Shown: positions 48,668 to 60,718, counted from the stretch's first letter. The stretch is 64,000 nt of DNA from Phoronis australis (GCA_002633005.1 NMRA01000017.1:1444944-1508943), one strand, 5' to 3'. Translations and numbers: made by a program. Notes: generated from the letters alone by a model not told the origin.

Positions 48668-51113
48668 GAACGGGTCTGGCTTTTCTCCTGCGTTTCATCC
48701 AGCAAAGTGACCACAGTGATGAATCTGAAAGAAACCTCCTCATCCAAACAACTAGATGGACTTTGCAAGACAGCTGAACAGGACAGTCAATTCTCTACAG
48801 CAGAGGTTGCGGATGCTATCAAAACTTGCAAAGAGGGTGCCCCTGGCCCCGATGGCGAGAGAGTCCTGAAACTCAAGTCTTTGCCTGACTTTCTGCTGGC
48901 TGTTGTGAAGTCCTACAACGTCAGTTTGGCCACTGGAATCATCCCTCACATCTGGACAGATGCCTTCTTAATTCCTGTACCAAAACCTGGAAAAGACCAT
49001 CGTGCACTCAAGGGATATCGCATCATAGTGATGCAGAACGTCATTGGAAAAATCCCTGAAAGGATCATGGCGCAAAGAATCACCAAGTTAATTGAACCCT
49101 GGCTCCTCCCAGGAATGGGTGCTTATCGACCTGGTAGAGATTCATGGGCCAACGCAGCTTCTGTTGCGGATGAGATATGGCAAGGTTTTGAAAACAAAGA
49201 AAACACTCTCCTCGTTGGCCTTGATCTAGAAGATGCGTACAATTCTGTTCAACTTCCAAAACTTGCGGATGGCATGCTTCATCTCGGTATTCCTGTACGA
49301 TGCATTAGATGGGTGATGAGTGCCCTCAACAGCCGGCGATGCATGCTAAAACATCGTACATGGCGTTCAGAATGGGTATCTGTCAACACAGGCTTACCCC
49401 AAGGTTCACCTCTGTCCCCAGTGCTGTTCAATATCTACACCCTCCCACTCGCCAGACTGAACCGCGCTGACTGCCGACTTCGCACCTTTGCAGACGACAT
49501 GCTGCTGTCATCGCAAGGACAAACACATCATGAGATTCTCCACAAAGCACAGTCTTCATTGATAAAAATATGCGAGTTTTGTGCTACCAGCGGAATGAGC
49601 TGCAATGGAGACAAATGTGAAGCTCTCTTCTGTACTCTGGACAATCGCCTCAGTGTTGATGATTTCCCTTGCCCTACCTACGATGGGAAGTTGATTGCTA
49701 CATCTGACCACATGCGTCACTTGGGTGTAGAACTTGACCGCAGGCTCAACTTCACAACTCAAGTTAACAGTATGATCAGCCGTGCCAACAGAGGAATCAA
49801 TGCCCTTAGGGCTGCGGCTGGTCGGAAGGCGGAGGAAAGGCACCTCGTCATGCTTTATAAAGCCCTGGTCACTTCGATCTTCGACTACGCTCTCCCCATG
49901 ATCAACATCAGTAAAAATCAAATCAACAGACTTGAGAGGCTCCAGAACATTGGTCTTCGCGTCATCACTGGATGTACGAGAACTACGTCAGTCACAGCAT
50001 TACGTTACCTTGTCGGTATTCCCAGCATTGCAGACAGACAATCCCTTCTACAAGGTATTACTGTAGCCAAGGCTGTTCAAAGCCCCTTCCATCCATTACA
50101 CAGTCAAGTGAAGACTGCACTTGACAGGTGCGTGAACCCCGTCCCTGCAACAGAAACTTATGGACTTCGTCCTAGACCTTTTCGCAATGCCTCCCACCAA
50201 AGACTTAGCAGGTGCTCGTGGACTGTCGCTGCTGTTAACGCAACCATGGGTCTCATCGGCGAACACATGATCGCGCAAGATGCTGCTTGGCTGCCAGTAC
50301 AAGAACTTGGTGAGGAACCGAATGTCATCATTGCTTTCAACAGGGAAGCTCGGGAATGGCCTCCTGGAGTAGCCCAAGCATTGTGCCGTCAGCAATGGCG
50401 TGATCTTGGCGGTATTAATGCCATCATTGTAGCAACTGATGGATCCTTCGATGGTGAAACTAATCGTGCGGGATGGGGTTATCAAATACGCTGTGCTAAC
50501 AACGTCATTGCGGAAGGTAGTGGCTGCCACCATGTATACACAAGCAGTACGCGGATGGAGTTTGAGGCTATACAACGTGCCCTAACTAAGCTGTCACTCC
50601 TAGACCTGGAGAATCACACCATTATCTTTGCCACCGATTCTATGGCAGTGTTGATGAAAGTTTAATCTGGAAACCTCCCAGCCAACTGGGGTGTCTTCCG
50701 ATCACGCCATCCTCATCATGTAGTGATCTGATCTTTCGTACCTGATCACGCCGGTGTCTTGATTAATTAGCATGCAGATTACCTCGCTGGCTCATGCACC
50801 ACCAACCAACCCCTCTACTTATATTCGGCTGACGTTAAGCTGCTGGCCCGCAAACGCAACCTCGAGCAGACTGCATCCCAACTGGCTGAGTTCAATGGTG
50901 GCAGCCGACTGCTCGAAGCCGGTATTATTTATGGCCATGCTGCGAAGAGTCACAAGAAGAGCCGTGCCCGAGTGCTGTCTTATCGAATGCTTACAGGCAA
51001 CGTCAGCCCTGGAGTTCTGCGCCTTCTGCTGTCACGGGGATGGTCTGGGGAGGGGATTAATGCACCAGCATATCCCCAATGATCCTGTCCGTGACAGGTA
51101 TTACAGGTATTAC
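48668..51113 (+). mobile_element. 5'-truncated I-group (Ingi-like) non-LTR retrotransposon, RT plus RNase H
   Basis: Flanked by AGATTTCCTA(T/C)AGG (48654-48667 and 51114-51127). 3' hairpin cctgtc-cgt-gacagg (51084-51098) and (ACAGGTATT)2 tail. Confidence 0.85.
48707..50665 (+). CDS. Reverse transcriptase and N-terminal RNase H open frame (652 codons) of the Ingi-like LINE; the frame continues through three stops to 51082
   Basis: GAPGPDG, PVPKPGKD, DLEDAYNSV, GLPQGSPLSPVLFNIY, FADD, LGVELD; RNase H TDGS, SSTRMEFEA, TDS, then VPDHAGV..N*HADYLA. Confidence 0.85.
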   Translation: MTTVMNLKETSSSKQLDGLCKTAEQDSQFSTAEVADAIKTCKEGAPGPDGERVLKLKSLPDFLLAVVKSYNVSLATGIIPHIWTDAFLIPVPKPGKDHRALKGYRIIVMQNVIGKIPERIMAQRITKLIEPWLLPGMGAYRPGRDSWANAASVADEIWQGFENKENTLLVGLDLEDAYNSVQLPKLADGMLHLGIPVRCIRWVMSALNSRRCMLKHRTWRSEWVSVNTGLPQGSPLSPVLFNIYTLPLARLNRADCRLRTFADDMLLSSQGQTHHEILHKAQSSLIKICEFCATSGMSCNGDKCEALFCTLDNRLSVDDFPCPTYDGKLIATSDHMRHLGVELDRRLNFTTQVNSMISRANRGINALRAAAGRKAEERHLVMLYKALVTSIFDYALPMINISKNQINRLERLQNIGLRVITGCTRTTSVTALRYLVGIPSIADRQSLLQGITVAKAVQSPFHPLHSQVKTALDRCVNPVPATETYGLRPRPFRNASHQRLSRCSWTVAAVNATMGLIGEHMIAQDAAWLPVQELGEEPNVIIAFNREAREWPPGVAQALCRQQWRDLGGINAIIVATDGSFDGETNRAGWGYQIRCANNVIAEGSGCHHVYTSSTRMEFEAIQRALTKLSLLDLENHTIIFATDSMAVLMKV

Positions 51114-53671
51114 AGATTTCCTACAGGAATTCCTATAGAAATTCCTATAAGAATTCCTATAGGAATATTGATTTCCTATAGGATCAATATAACCTGTAGG
51201 AATTCCTATTGAATTTTTTTTTCACAAATTTGAAGTCTAAACATTTTAACAAACAAATAGCCTAAGAGTATATAATAAAATATCAATTTGTTTTTATCTT
51301 ATTTCAGCTCTTCTGAGTCATTATTTTTTGTAAATTTTAATATTCAGGCGAGTCTTAATACATGTATGTTAATTGCTTCGTAGAATCCTACTGAACTTCC
51401 TATAGAATCCTATTGAACTGCCTACTGGGTATATTCAACTCTTGTACGAATTTATTTCTAGTGTTTTAAATTATAATGTTGTGTCTAAACTTCTAAGGAA
51501 ACGTTTTGATTATGTGTCTGGCTTAGTGGCTAAAATGAACCGTTTCTCAAGTGGACAACAAATGTCACTGAAACGCAATTCAATGAATCTTTACAGCAAT
51601 TAAAACACTCCACATGAGCTTACAACTTTGACTATCAGAGAGCAACATAACATTCAGCATTTAAATATTAAGTTACTTGAACATGTTTTTAAAAAGCAAA
51701 AAAGAACACACAGGTCTTTTGTAGCCCCAGTTTAGTACACCATTTGTAACATATATAGATATTCTGCTGTAGACCTTATTCAAGAACAGAGTAGACTGCT
51801 GTACAAAAACTTTGAGGTTACATGTGTTCCAGTTGAATTTGTTTTGTTGAAAATACTGTTGCTTTATTGTATTATGTATGCATTGAAAATGTCATGCTAA
51901 GAATTCCTAGTGGATTTCTTAAAAGTCTGATAAGAATTTCTATAGGGTTTCTTATAGGATATCCTAGATGATTCGTGTAGGATATCTGGCCAAAATCCAA
52001 TTGGATTCCTATTGGATCCTATAGGATATCCTAAAGGATTCCTATAGGAATTCCTATAGGAATCCAATGGGAAACCCTATTGGAATTTTTCGTTAGGGAA
52101 TTCAGTCGGTTATGCCATCTTGTGGTCCTCATATATACCTAATGTTTCTCCTTTTTCCTGGAGAGGGCAGAATTACACAGCAGCCTTGAAAGAGTTTGAC
52201 TGTCGGTTCGAATTCAGAATAACATGTTGTATCCTAGGTTTGGGTAACCTGTTGGTTCGGTTGTCTTCGAACTTGACTATTACAGCGCTGAGATGATGAA
52301 CTAATGGTAATAACTGGTAACGGAACTAAAGTCTTCATTACCGCTTAGCTCAGATTCTTATCTTTTTTGGTGACTTCCCCCTGTCGGTTTCTGAGAACCA
52401 CCAGTGCAACAATGTGGCGGTGGGTGCCGCTTGGGAGGACTCCTACTCCCTCTAGTGCCGTCAGCCAAAGACTGTAATCAACTGTACCTCGGACTTATGT
52501 AAACTGATAAAGACTGTGCATTACACAGTTCAATAGGCTGGGTCACATCACGGATATTGGTCAACTGATAATACATTATATCTACCTGTTTTCACGAGGA
52601 AAAATTCAAGCTCGTGAGATGTTGTTTAACCCCTGAAAACAATGAAACATTATTTCGTTGGATTTGTGATAGCTTTAACTTTACATCACGGTATGTATAT
52701 TGCTAATGTTAGAACTGCATGCAGTAGGTAAAGTAGCCTTGACTTGAAGGTATACTAGTGTTACTTAAGAGACATTAGCTTAGTGCAAACGGCCGCAGTG
52801 AGTCTGAATTTCAACTTAAAAACAAATTGATGCTCGGCTGTAGCCTGCAGAGCCCCAAAAGTTCGGGATCCTTGTCAAGTCGGTTCAGTTGGTTACCGTG
52901 ACGAGACCCCGACGGCTGTGGGGAATGACCCACAAACAAATTCTTCTTTGTGGCTAAATGTGTATCTGACTTGGCTGAGTCAGTGTCCTTCAGGATAAAT
53001 ACAAATTGTGCTATGGCAAAATGATAACCATGCTGTAACCAGTTTTGGGTGCAGCTGCTAAAACAGAGTCTAGTACCTAATTTTACAGTACATGTCTTTG
53101 TAGGGTGGGTACCATCTGTGGGAATGTAAACGAGTTTCTTATCTGTTTGTTAATTTTCTTTCAGAGGTCTGTAATTTCGGTGACAAAAGAGCTTGCTCCC
53201 GAGTTCATGTGTTCTCTGCAAATTTAGACCCTCCAGTCACTAAAACGACCATGTCAGTAGCTTAGGCCTACTGCCTGGTTTAGTTGCGGGAACCATCGCC
53301 TTCATTTAGGCTTGCTGTAGTCAATCAGAAGTCAATGCCTTGCTAAAGAACCACTTTTTTACTGCATACCTCTCGAGGTATTTCGAATCAGTTTGAATTC
53401 TTTAGTAATAAGGCTCGAAATGGCACTGTCACACCTGAGGCCGTGCGCCGGATTGTTTACAATTGGATGACTTCGCCCGGTGGTTCCACCTGCTCAACTG
53501 TCCGGAAGCCATCTGATTGGTTTCAAGTCCGGAAGTCATCATCGACCTTAGAGCATTATTTTGTTTTAGAGATATAGATGAGAAGGTTGTTAATATCTTT
53601 TAACAGGCCAAAACCGTATTTAGAATCTCCTTAACTACACAAGGACTACTGCAAGCCGATTTTCTACTCAG

Positions 53672-53930
53672 ATGATTGTGCTAAAAAGTAACGCCACTCT
53701 GTATCTCTTCGCCTCTTTGCATGTCTTCTGCTTTGTTCTAGGACTAGCGATCCGCTGCTATCAGTGTACGACTTCCGTGGATCACGCCAATGATAAGAAG
53801 GAAGGTTGTGCAGACTCTTTCACTGGTCATTTAGACACGTCTGTTTCATGGAAGGACTGTGATATTGGCTGTAGCAAGAGGGTGTTTCATCGAGCAGAGA
53901 ACGAGCCGTTACCTGGCGAGTGGTATCCAG
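53672..53930 (+). CDS. Ly6/uPAR (three-finger, quiver/sleepless-like) GPI-anchored protein, coding exon 1
   Basis: Signal peptide followed by IRCYQC...C...C...CSK. Phase-1 donor CAG|GTTGGT joins exon 55782 to give 157 aa with 10 Cys in the mature domain. Confidence 0.85.
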
Positions 53931-54159
53931 GTTGGTGTCAACTTTGGATTTCTAATTGTTTTATTTTGAATCTGGCGTGGCACAAGGGTTTTCTCTACAT
54001 TTAACCTTCCTACCTTGAAGAGACCCATGTTTTAGCTAGCTCGTCTCACGGACCTGCTTTTCGTCGACGCAAGAAATTCGCTAAATTGCTAGACACGCAA
54101 GACATGCATATGTCATAACATACACACATACACAAAACTTACCTCTAGGGGTAGATGGA

Positions 54160-54805
54160 ATAATAACCCAAGTGACATTATTCCGCTGATCGACCTCGAC
54201 CTTCGGTCTCGCTCGATACGTTTTGTATTTATCCCATACGCTTCGAACTCTTTCGGCAGATTTTTAAAATACTTCACCCAGATTGTTCACGTGACGGATC
54301 ACAACCTGTAGTGTTTGTATGAGCGTAATGTTACAAGTTCACTTCAGTTACAGAAAACAGTATTAATGTAACAATTTAGTACTTGAGAAGAGATATCAAA
54401 AAGGTGAAAACAACATTTTCTGAAAATAATTAAATGGTCGACAATATTTAACATTGTAATTACCGAGGAATCGATGCCTGAGTTGCAGACGATATGATAT
54501 TCAGCATATAAAACTGAGACCGATAAAGTGTTATACAATTAACGTTTTTGTACTAGATGTTATGTTTGGGACCTGACTGCATGTTGAGATGTTATACTGC
54601 TGCAACTTAATTACTTTAAACTATTTTGGGAAAGTTTGATAATAGAGCCAGCTAACGACGTCGAGTAGACATTAACCCACCTTTTGAACTTTCCATGTCA
54701 GAGGGCACTGTTAAAGTAGTTCCCGGAGTGGAATACGGAAGGCAATACCACATGACCGTTTTGCACTCAACTTATTCAGCGCGTATGGTATAAAAGCTTT
54801 TACTG
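54160..54805. repeat. Copy of the palindrome-ended foldback family in the Ly6 intron
   Basis: Matches 11177-12220 directly and 12274-13013 inverted (cgaggaatcg.tgc.tgagttgcagacgata; ccttttgaactttccatg). Confidence 0.8.
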
Positions 54806-55781
54806 CGAGTGTCTTAGGCATTAACATCACAAAGTATTACGATGTCTATGGTCTTACATCTACGGAAACAGCACGCAGAGTGATTTTACGGAAGCGTATA
54901 CAAAGTTAGAATCTATAACTGTTTGATTGTTATATGTAGAATTTTAGTCATCGCTGGCCGGTTGCATGAAATTGTCCTGGTCAAAAACTCTTTGTTTTCT
55001 TGGAATTTTTGGCTCATTTGTGGATCTGTGTGAACAACTATTGTGCTATTTTATTTCATTTGATCTTTTCTATTATGCTGTTTTTAGCTTTGAAGAGTAA
55101 ATTGCACGTTGTGTTCTTAATATTGTTGAAAATAATTAGGGACCATTCCATGCGTCGCTTCTAATTTGGGAAATTAGTCTCAATGTATTTTCACGGATAT
55201 AAGGGTTTATTTTTCAGATACATTATTAGATAATGTCGTAAAAAAGGAGTTTTTGATTATGGTAAATAATTCGACATTCATAATTTAATCAACTTTTCTA
55301 CACTTTAAATTTGGTATTGTGCAGTTGCTCTTCCTTTGAGAAGATCTGGTTGTCATGGGGCGAGTGATCACTAAGACGTATGCCTGAGAAACCCTCGCTC
55401 AGGACAACTTGGAAATGTCGGTTACTATCGGATCAATTTACGGGAAAGGGAAACAGCTGTCCAAGTTATTGAAATGTAAATGATTACTTGGCATTACTTT
55501 TAATGGTGGATGTTACAGGATGTTACATGCATGCTACTGGTTGAAGATGCATGTCGAGATAACTTTGAGCAGATATCAGTAAAACCTAGCTTACGTTTTA
55601 AATCTGAAGCAAGAGAACTATATTGTTGGCGACCAGGCTAAATTATCTCCCCACATCAGTAAGATAATACACGTCTGCAGAAGGACAACATTTTCGGATT
55701 CATTGTTTGAAGAAAACATTTGCCTTCTCCCGTCGTTAATTAGCAGTGGATTACAGTCACCGACCAGAATTTATTTTTCAG

Positions 55782-55996
55782 AAAATGTTTATCAAATACA
55801 GAGGGACTGTGCTACCAGCAAGCGAGAGGTGGGCTGCAGTCAGTCACCAAAAGAGTTCTATCAAAATGTTTACACGTGGACTGAACTATGCTTCTGTGAT
55901 GGCTGGGACGGTTGCAACTCGTCTAGTGGATTCAGATTGAACAGTGCTTTTGTACTTCTGATAATTGTAGTGACATATTTTGCCTGCAGAACTTGA
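55782..55996 (+). CDS. Ly6/uPAR quiver-like protein, coding exon 2
   Basis: RDC...GC...ELCFCDGWDGCN, then SSS (omega-site-like) and a hydrophobic C-terminal GPI signal. Confidence 0.85.
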
Positions 55997-57286
55997 CAAA
56001 TACCTAACATGTAGTGAAGGAGTTTAGCTGTTAGAAAGTAGTTGACGAAATTGTCAATCCCTTGCAAACACGGTTTGCATCTGGCTACTGGTGTCTGTTG
56101 CGTAGACGCTCGCGAAAATGCAAGATCACGCTTTCGTAAGATATCGCCATACATTACGAGCAAAGCATGTGATCATACCAGCTTTGCTCGCGAGATTCTG
56201 TGCCTACGAAACTCAACCCTCATGAGAGAGTTGATAAATTCAGTGCGTAAAGTAAAGCATACATTTTGGCTGTCTTTTCCTCTGAATACAATTTACAGAC
56301 TGATACATAATCATTTCATCATAGCTGCAATATAAATAGCTTGCACATTTTCGAGAAGTTGTTCGGTAATAATGTAGATTACAATACAAGATACATCCGT
56401 TTTCTCTTTGACTTCGTGTGATTGAAGGCATCCACGAAAATGTCCGATGCTATAAAACAACGAATTCCGTTGTGTCTTGGCGATTTTATTACAAATCGCC
56501 TATTTTCGCTTTGTCTACCAGATATTCGTTGAAATCGACTTAAATGCACTAAAAACACTCCACCATTTATCGAGTGGGATTTAGCCATAGAATGCGACCT
56601 CAAGGACTGCAAGTTCACTTTTCTGGCCGATAATGTCTCTTTAAATAAAGTGGGCTTTTGCTCTATCTTGTCCTTACAGAAAAGATGTTTTTTCTCTAAT
56701 GAAATTGACTGAAGTTGTGCTTTTATTTGAGCCACGGGTGTGGTTATATGAAAACTCGCTCACTCAATACGCATTTTTGAACAACGGTGATTATAAAGGG
56801 ATGAACCGAGAAATATTGCTAACATGCGGTCGAGAGTAAAATGCGTTTTGTGTCACGCTTGAGGAGATGATGGAGCAGGTGGTAATAAACATGTCGTTCA
56901 GAGCGCTGGATTGCGATCGCCAGGGTTGCAGGCTCCATTATGCTCTGGCGATGATCTCAGAAAATATTTTTTTCGCCGATTCCTGTTGCGAGGCAAAAGA
57001 TAATTATGCCTATATTGGGTAACCCAGCTTTGGTAGACAACCTGGTGGGGCTGCATTTTCCCCCGTCTTCTAGAGCGGCTTGATATCAATGCTTATTTTT
57101 TATTGACTTTAAGTTTAAACGTATTAAATTTAAAATTGCATTTTGGAAAGCTAGTCTTTGACTCATTATCCAATTAATCTCTTGCTGAGTCAACAGTTGT
57201 CGAATGATTTCGGGCAGTCGACAGCATAATTATTCAAAACATGCTTACCTAAATGAGAAATCTGCTTTGAAAACCAGATGTCCTGA

Positions 57287-57863
57287 TAATTATAACTCCT
57301 TACCAATGCATGTTTTGGGGGTAACTATTACCAGAGAACTGTCTTGTTGGGCATCGTGCACATTTTGTTCACATTTCAAAATTAGTCGGCGTTTAGACCA
57401 GAACCAATTATGATTTGGCTTACAGTTCAGGCTACTGATATGGCGACTTTTTACGTCGAGCGACCCACAAAACGTCACATTGACGTCCATGTTTGTGATG
57501 ACATTAAGTAGGCATTGATATTCACTGAAACGATGCATTTAGATAGCTGTGTTATTCGTCTACAGCAGATCAGCACGTATTACTACTCTGGTGATTGACT
57601 GGGATAAGGTTAGTCATTGAAAAATCTCCTGAATATAACGATTTAGGTTGTTGCTCTGAATTAATTTTGTAATGAAATCAACTAATTTCCCTGGATAAAT
57701 GTTTAAAAGAACACAATCGGTTTTATCGCGTTTTCATGGTATTTTGTGTGATATTAACTTCGGCATTCAGTTGAATTCCCGAAAACCCAGTAATTATAAC
57801 TATTAACCTATGCGTTTTTATGGGGTAACTATTACCCAGGCACTGTGTCGTTGGGCATCGTGC
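57287..57863 (+). repeat. ~72-bp direct repeat pair (57287-57359 and 57791-57863)
   Basis: taattataact...ggggtaactattacc...ctgt...gttgggcatcgtgc occurs twice. Confidence 0.7.
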
Positions 57864-58133
57864 CTGAACAGAGTGAGTTAACCACGTACGGCGGTACTTG
57901 AAGGTAGGAAAATCAAGAGTCACTGTCTTCGCAGATTTAATGTAAAGCTAAAGAAAAACCTATTCACTTAAAAAATTCTGAACAGCTTCAAACAACTGCT
58001 TATGTGTTGTCTGGTGTAAAATTTGTGTAATTTTGTTCTATTTTGCGCATTTTATGTATGCTTCCTTCAGCATCGCCGGATAAGTCACTTTAAGAAAGAG
58101 AATGCCCATTGTTTCTTTCAGAAATTAATTATT

Positions 58134-58343
58134 ATGGTTGCGCATGCTAGATGGAGATACATTCGTGAATTCATGGCAACACGTGCTCAGCGTCATGCAA
58201 GTTTGTCAGGCTGTTGTTCAAACCAATTTCCAGATGGCTACGGAAAAAGCTTTTGCGAAATGCCTAGAAAAAAACTCCGATTTCGACCAGTGACAGTGTC
58301 TCTCCAATACTGGATACACGGCAATGATTTACATAATATGTGG
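58134..58343 (+). CDS. Mitochondrial-clan cytochrome P450, first coding exon (targeting peptide)
   Basis: Arg-rich MVAHARWRYIREFMATRAQRHASLS; KSFCEMP resembles the clan's PFxxIP motif. The phase-0 donor after LHNMW fits the next exon but is weak (GTCTGT). Confidence 0.65.
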
Positions 58344-58952
58344 GTCTGTATTGAATTTTGGCTCGTTTTTATGTGTTTGGTTATTGTGGTTGAACTGTTG
58401 GAAATACGTTAAGACGAATGGTGTTTTCCATTTGAAAGCCGACGCTAGTTGGGTAACATGGCACAATATACTCGATTAGCCCACATTTCCATATACAATA
58501 CATGTATAATCGATTCCTGGTGTCATTGCTTTTTGCGTTAAGCCGTACTCTACCCATTTGCTAAAATCTCCCACCGCATTTAACGTCTGACTCGCATTTA
58601 CGACAACACCAACAAAAGGCTGACAAAACGGAAACACACGTAGATCAAAATAATTTACAAAATTCATCTCAATAATTAGTTGTTATGCATATATTCTAGG
58701 GGACTTTCTACTTTTGTTCAAGTGAGATTTAATTATTTTGAAAGTAGTAGTTTGGAGCGTAGGACCAATTTTCTGATTCTTAAGTCTGAAGACACTTTTC
58801 ATGAAACAGACCTCCTATCTCTACGCACAAATCTAGTGTGAAAAGACTCTACAATTGAACATAGTCCCGCCAATTTCGATTAATCGTTTCAAACAGAATC
58901 ATTTCACAACTACTCGCTAAAATGAAAATACTGTAAAAACAAGTCAAATGTT

Positions 58953-59290
58953 TGTCAGAATTTTGACCGACACTGTTTTTAGTTTTATTTTGTTTTATTG
59001 TTCTGTTTGTGTTATTGATTGACATAACTCCTGAGGTCAGTAAAGTGATGACGTAATTTGTTTACTACAGAATAGTGTGGAACTTTCTAGAAGACTCTAG
59101 CATGTCAGTGATTAATGTAGTCTGGAACATTCCAGAGCCTAATATATGTTTGTAGGATGATTGGGTAGAGTCCGGAAAGTTCTAGAATGTGATTGAATTG
59201 GTGAAAAGTTTTAGAACAATGCATCAGTCTATAAATACACTTTTTTGTATTAGTCAGTTAAACAGTTGAGGAGTTAAGGAGTCACTGTAG
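58953..59290 (+). mobile_element. Truncated copy of the solo LTR at 31795-32407
   Basis: tgtcagaattt...tagtgtggaactttctagaagactctagcatg...gtctataaata is shared. Confidence 0.8.
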
Positions 59291-59733
59291 AGGCCACAAC
59301 TCGCGAGGCTTCTCGCTTCAAAAATGCACTTCTCGGGGGTGCCGACGAGGCACCTTTCTTCAGGCGTTGCTTTGCAGGAACCTTCATCAGCTCCGCATAC
59401 ATATCTCTTTCGTAATCTGACAGCAGAAAATACTTGCCACAAAATTCTCCACTGCTTTGTACATTGCGTGGACGGGTAACGCTGCGTTCTTCACACGTAC
59501 GAACAAGCCAAGTACGGTAGAGTGTGTCATAAAGCGATATAATGGCCTACGTACTGAACTGGTTTAGGTTCAATGATGGTATACAGCTATATCCACTGAA
59601 AACATAGTATGTTTATGTAGCGAGGTGAAATGTCCAGTAATACATTATGTGTCGAGCACCACAACATATATGTCACAACATCGTACCGTATGACATTCTT
59701 GAGCTGCACCGAACTGTTGCTTATCGTTTATAG

Positions 59734-59930
59734 CAAAGAGAACATCAGAAGTACGGACCCGTATACAAGGAGTGTCAAGGTCTTGTAACACTAGTCCATG
59801 TGGGCTCAGCTCATAACATCGAGGAGGTCTTCCGTCAAATGGACAAATGGCCGTTGAAACCCGATTACGTCACCCATCTGTGGAAGATATATCGACGTCA
59901 GGCAGGAGAAAGCAAGGGTCTGCTGACATC
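59734..59930 (+). CDS. Mitochondrial-clan CYP exon
   Basis: QKYGPVYKE...IEEVFRQMDKWP...WKIYRRQ...GLLTS; AG/GT bounded. Confidence 0.9.
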
Positions 59931-60384
59931 GTAGGTTCCTTAACACCCTTACATAACAGTATCAGATATACGAGCTTTTTTACCAGATGACATACTGTGA
60001 CTGTGCAGGGAATAAATATTTAATTGCATAGCATGATGCGGCGAAGTTCTCAGGCTGCGTTTAGGCTCTTGGTTATCTAATTTTTGATATTTTTTCTCAC
60101 TTAATTGAGCTTTGAAATTACCGATTTGTTGTAGTCAAACTAAACCCTGATAGCACATAAAAGTGTTGTCATAAAATGCTCTGTCTACGGTGGCCCAAAG
60201 ATGACATTGCGCGTTTCTACTTCATTATCTCGGGATCCCGACTTCTCTTTCTTGTGCACGTAAACAGAACTTGATAACGAGGCCAAAGGAAGTGCCAATT
60301 TAAAGTCCTAATCTCAAAGGACAATTTATTTCAAAAACGTAAAAATGATACCCAAATTAAGTAATATGTAACATGGCATAATAT

Positions 60385-60619
60385 TCACGTCCTTCAATTC
60401 TGTTATCATTTTGAAGCTATAGAGGTAAGCGTAAAAAATTAAAATTGCTGCCAGGAGGCACACCGGTATTTGGATCCGTCAGAAAGTTCGCTCATACGTC
60501 CCCTCCATGAAAGGAAGATATGTGCAAAATTTCATGAACGTATACGTCAATGGGTTTTGGAGATAAAGCAGCGGACGCCAGACGTTGGACGGATATATAA
60601 TTAAGTGGGCGCATAAAAA
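60385..60619 (-). repeat. Helentron/HINE-like 5' fragment
   Basis: Minus strand reads tttttatgcgccc...tccgtcc...cgtccgc...atctcc...atgaaattttgcaca, the same layout as the start of the 46274 element. Confidence 0.4.
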
Positions 60620-60718
60620 TGTATAGGCCCTACCGTGTAAACGAAGTTTTACTTGTTATCTCTCTGAGATACTGCCCCCGGTTAATATTGTGTTTGTAAG
60701 CCACTGTGATCTCTCCAG

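Larger units (their letters stand above)
48596..52098. mobile_element. EnSpm/CACTA-like non-autonomous DNA transposon with TCCTATAGGA subterminal arrays, carrying a LINE insertion
   Basis: Termini cccataagaaaatattcagtagg and cctattggaatttttcgttaggg, AA on both flanks (2-bp TSD). Palindromic (T)TCCTATAGGA(A) arrays at 48620-48667, 51114-51212, ~51380-51425 and ~51900-52080. Confidence 0.75.

Noticed and set aside
50772-51212. Separate 146-aa gene after the RT
   Set aside because: It is an alternative frame over the LINE 3' end and the TCCTATAGGA repeats.
48596-52098. Prokaryotic RT-plus-repeat system (retron, DGR, RT-CRISPR)
   Set aside because: The RT has non-LTR motifs with RNase H, a TSD and a 3' tandem tail. 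The repeats are transposon subterminal arrays.
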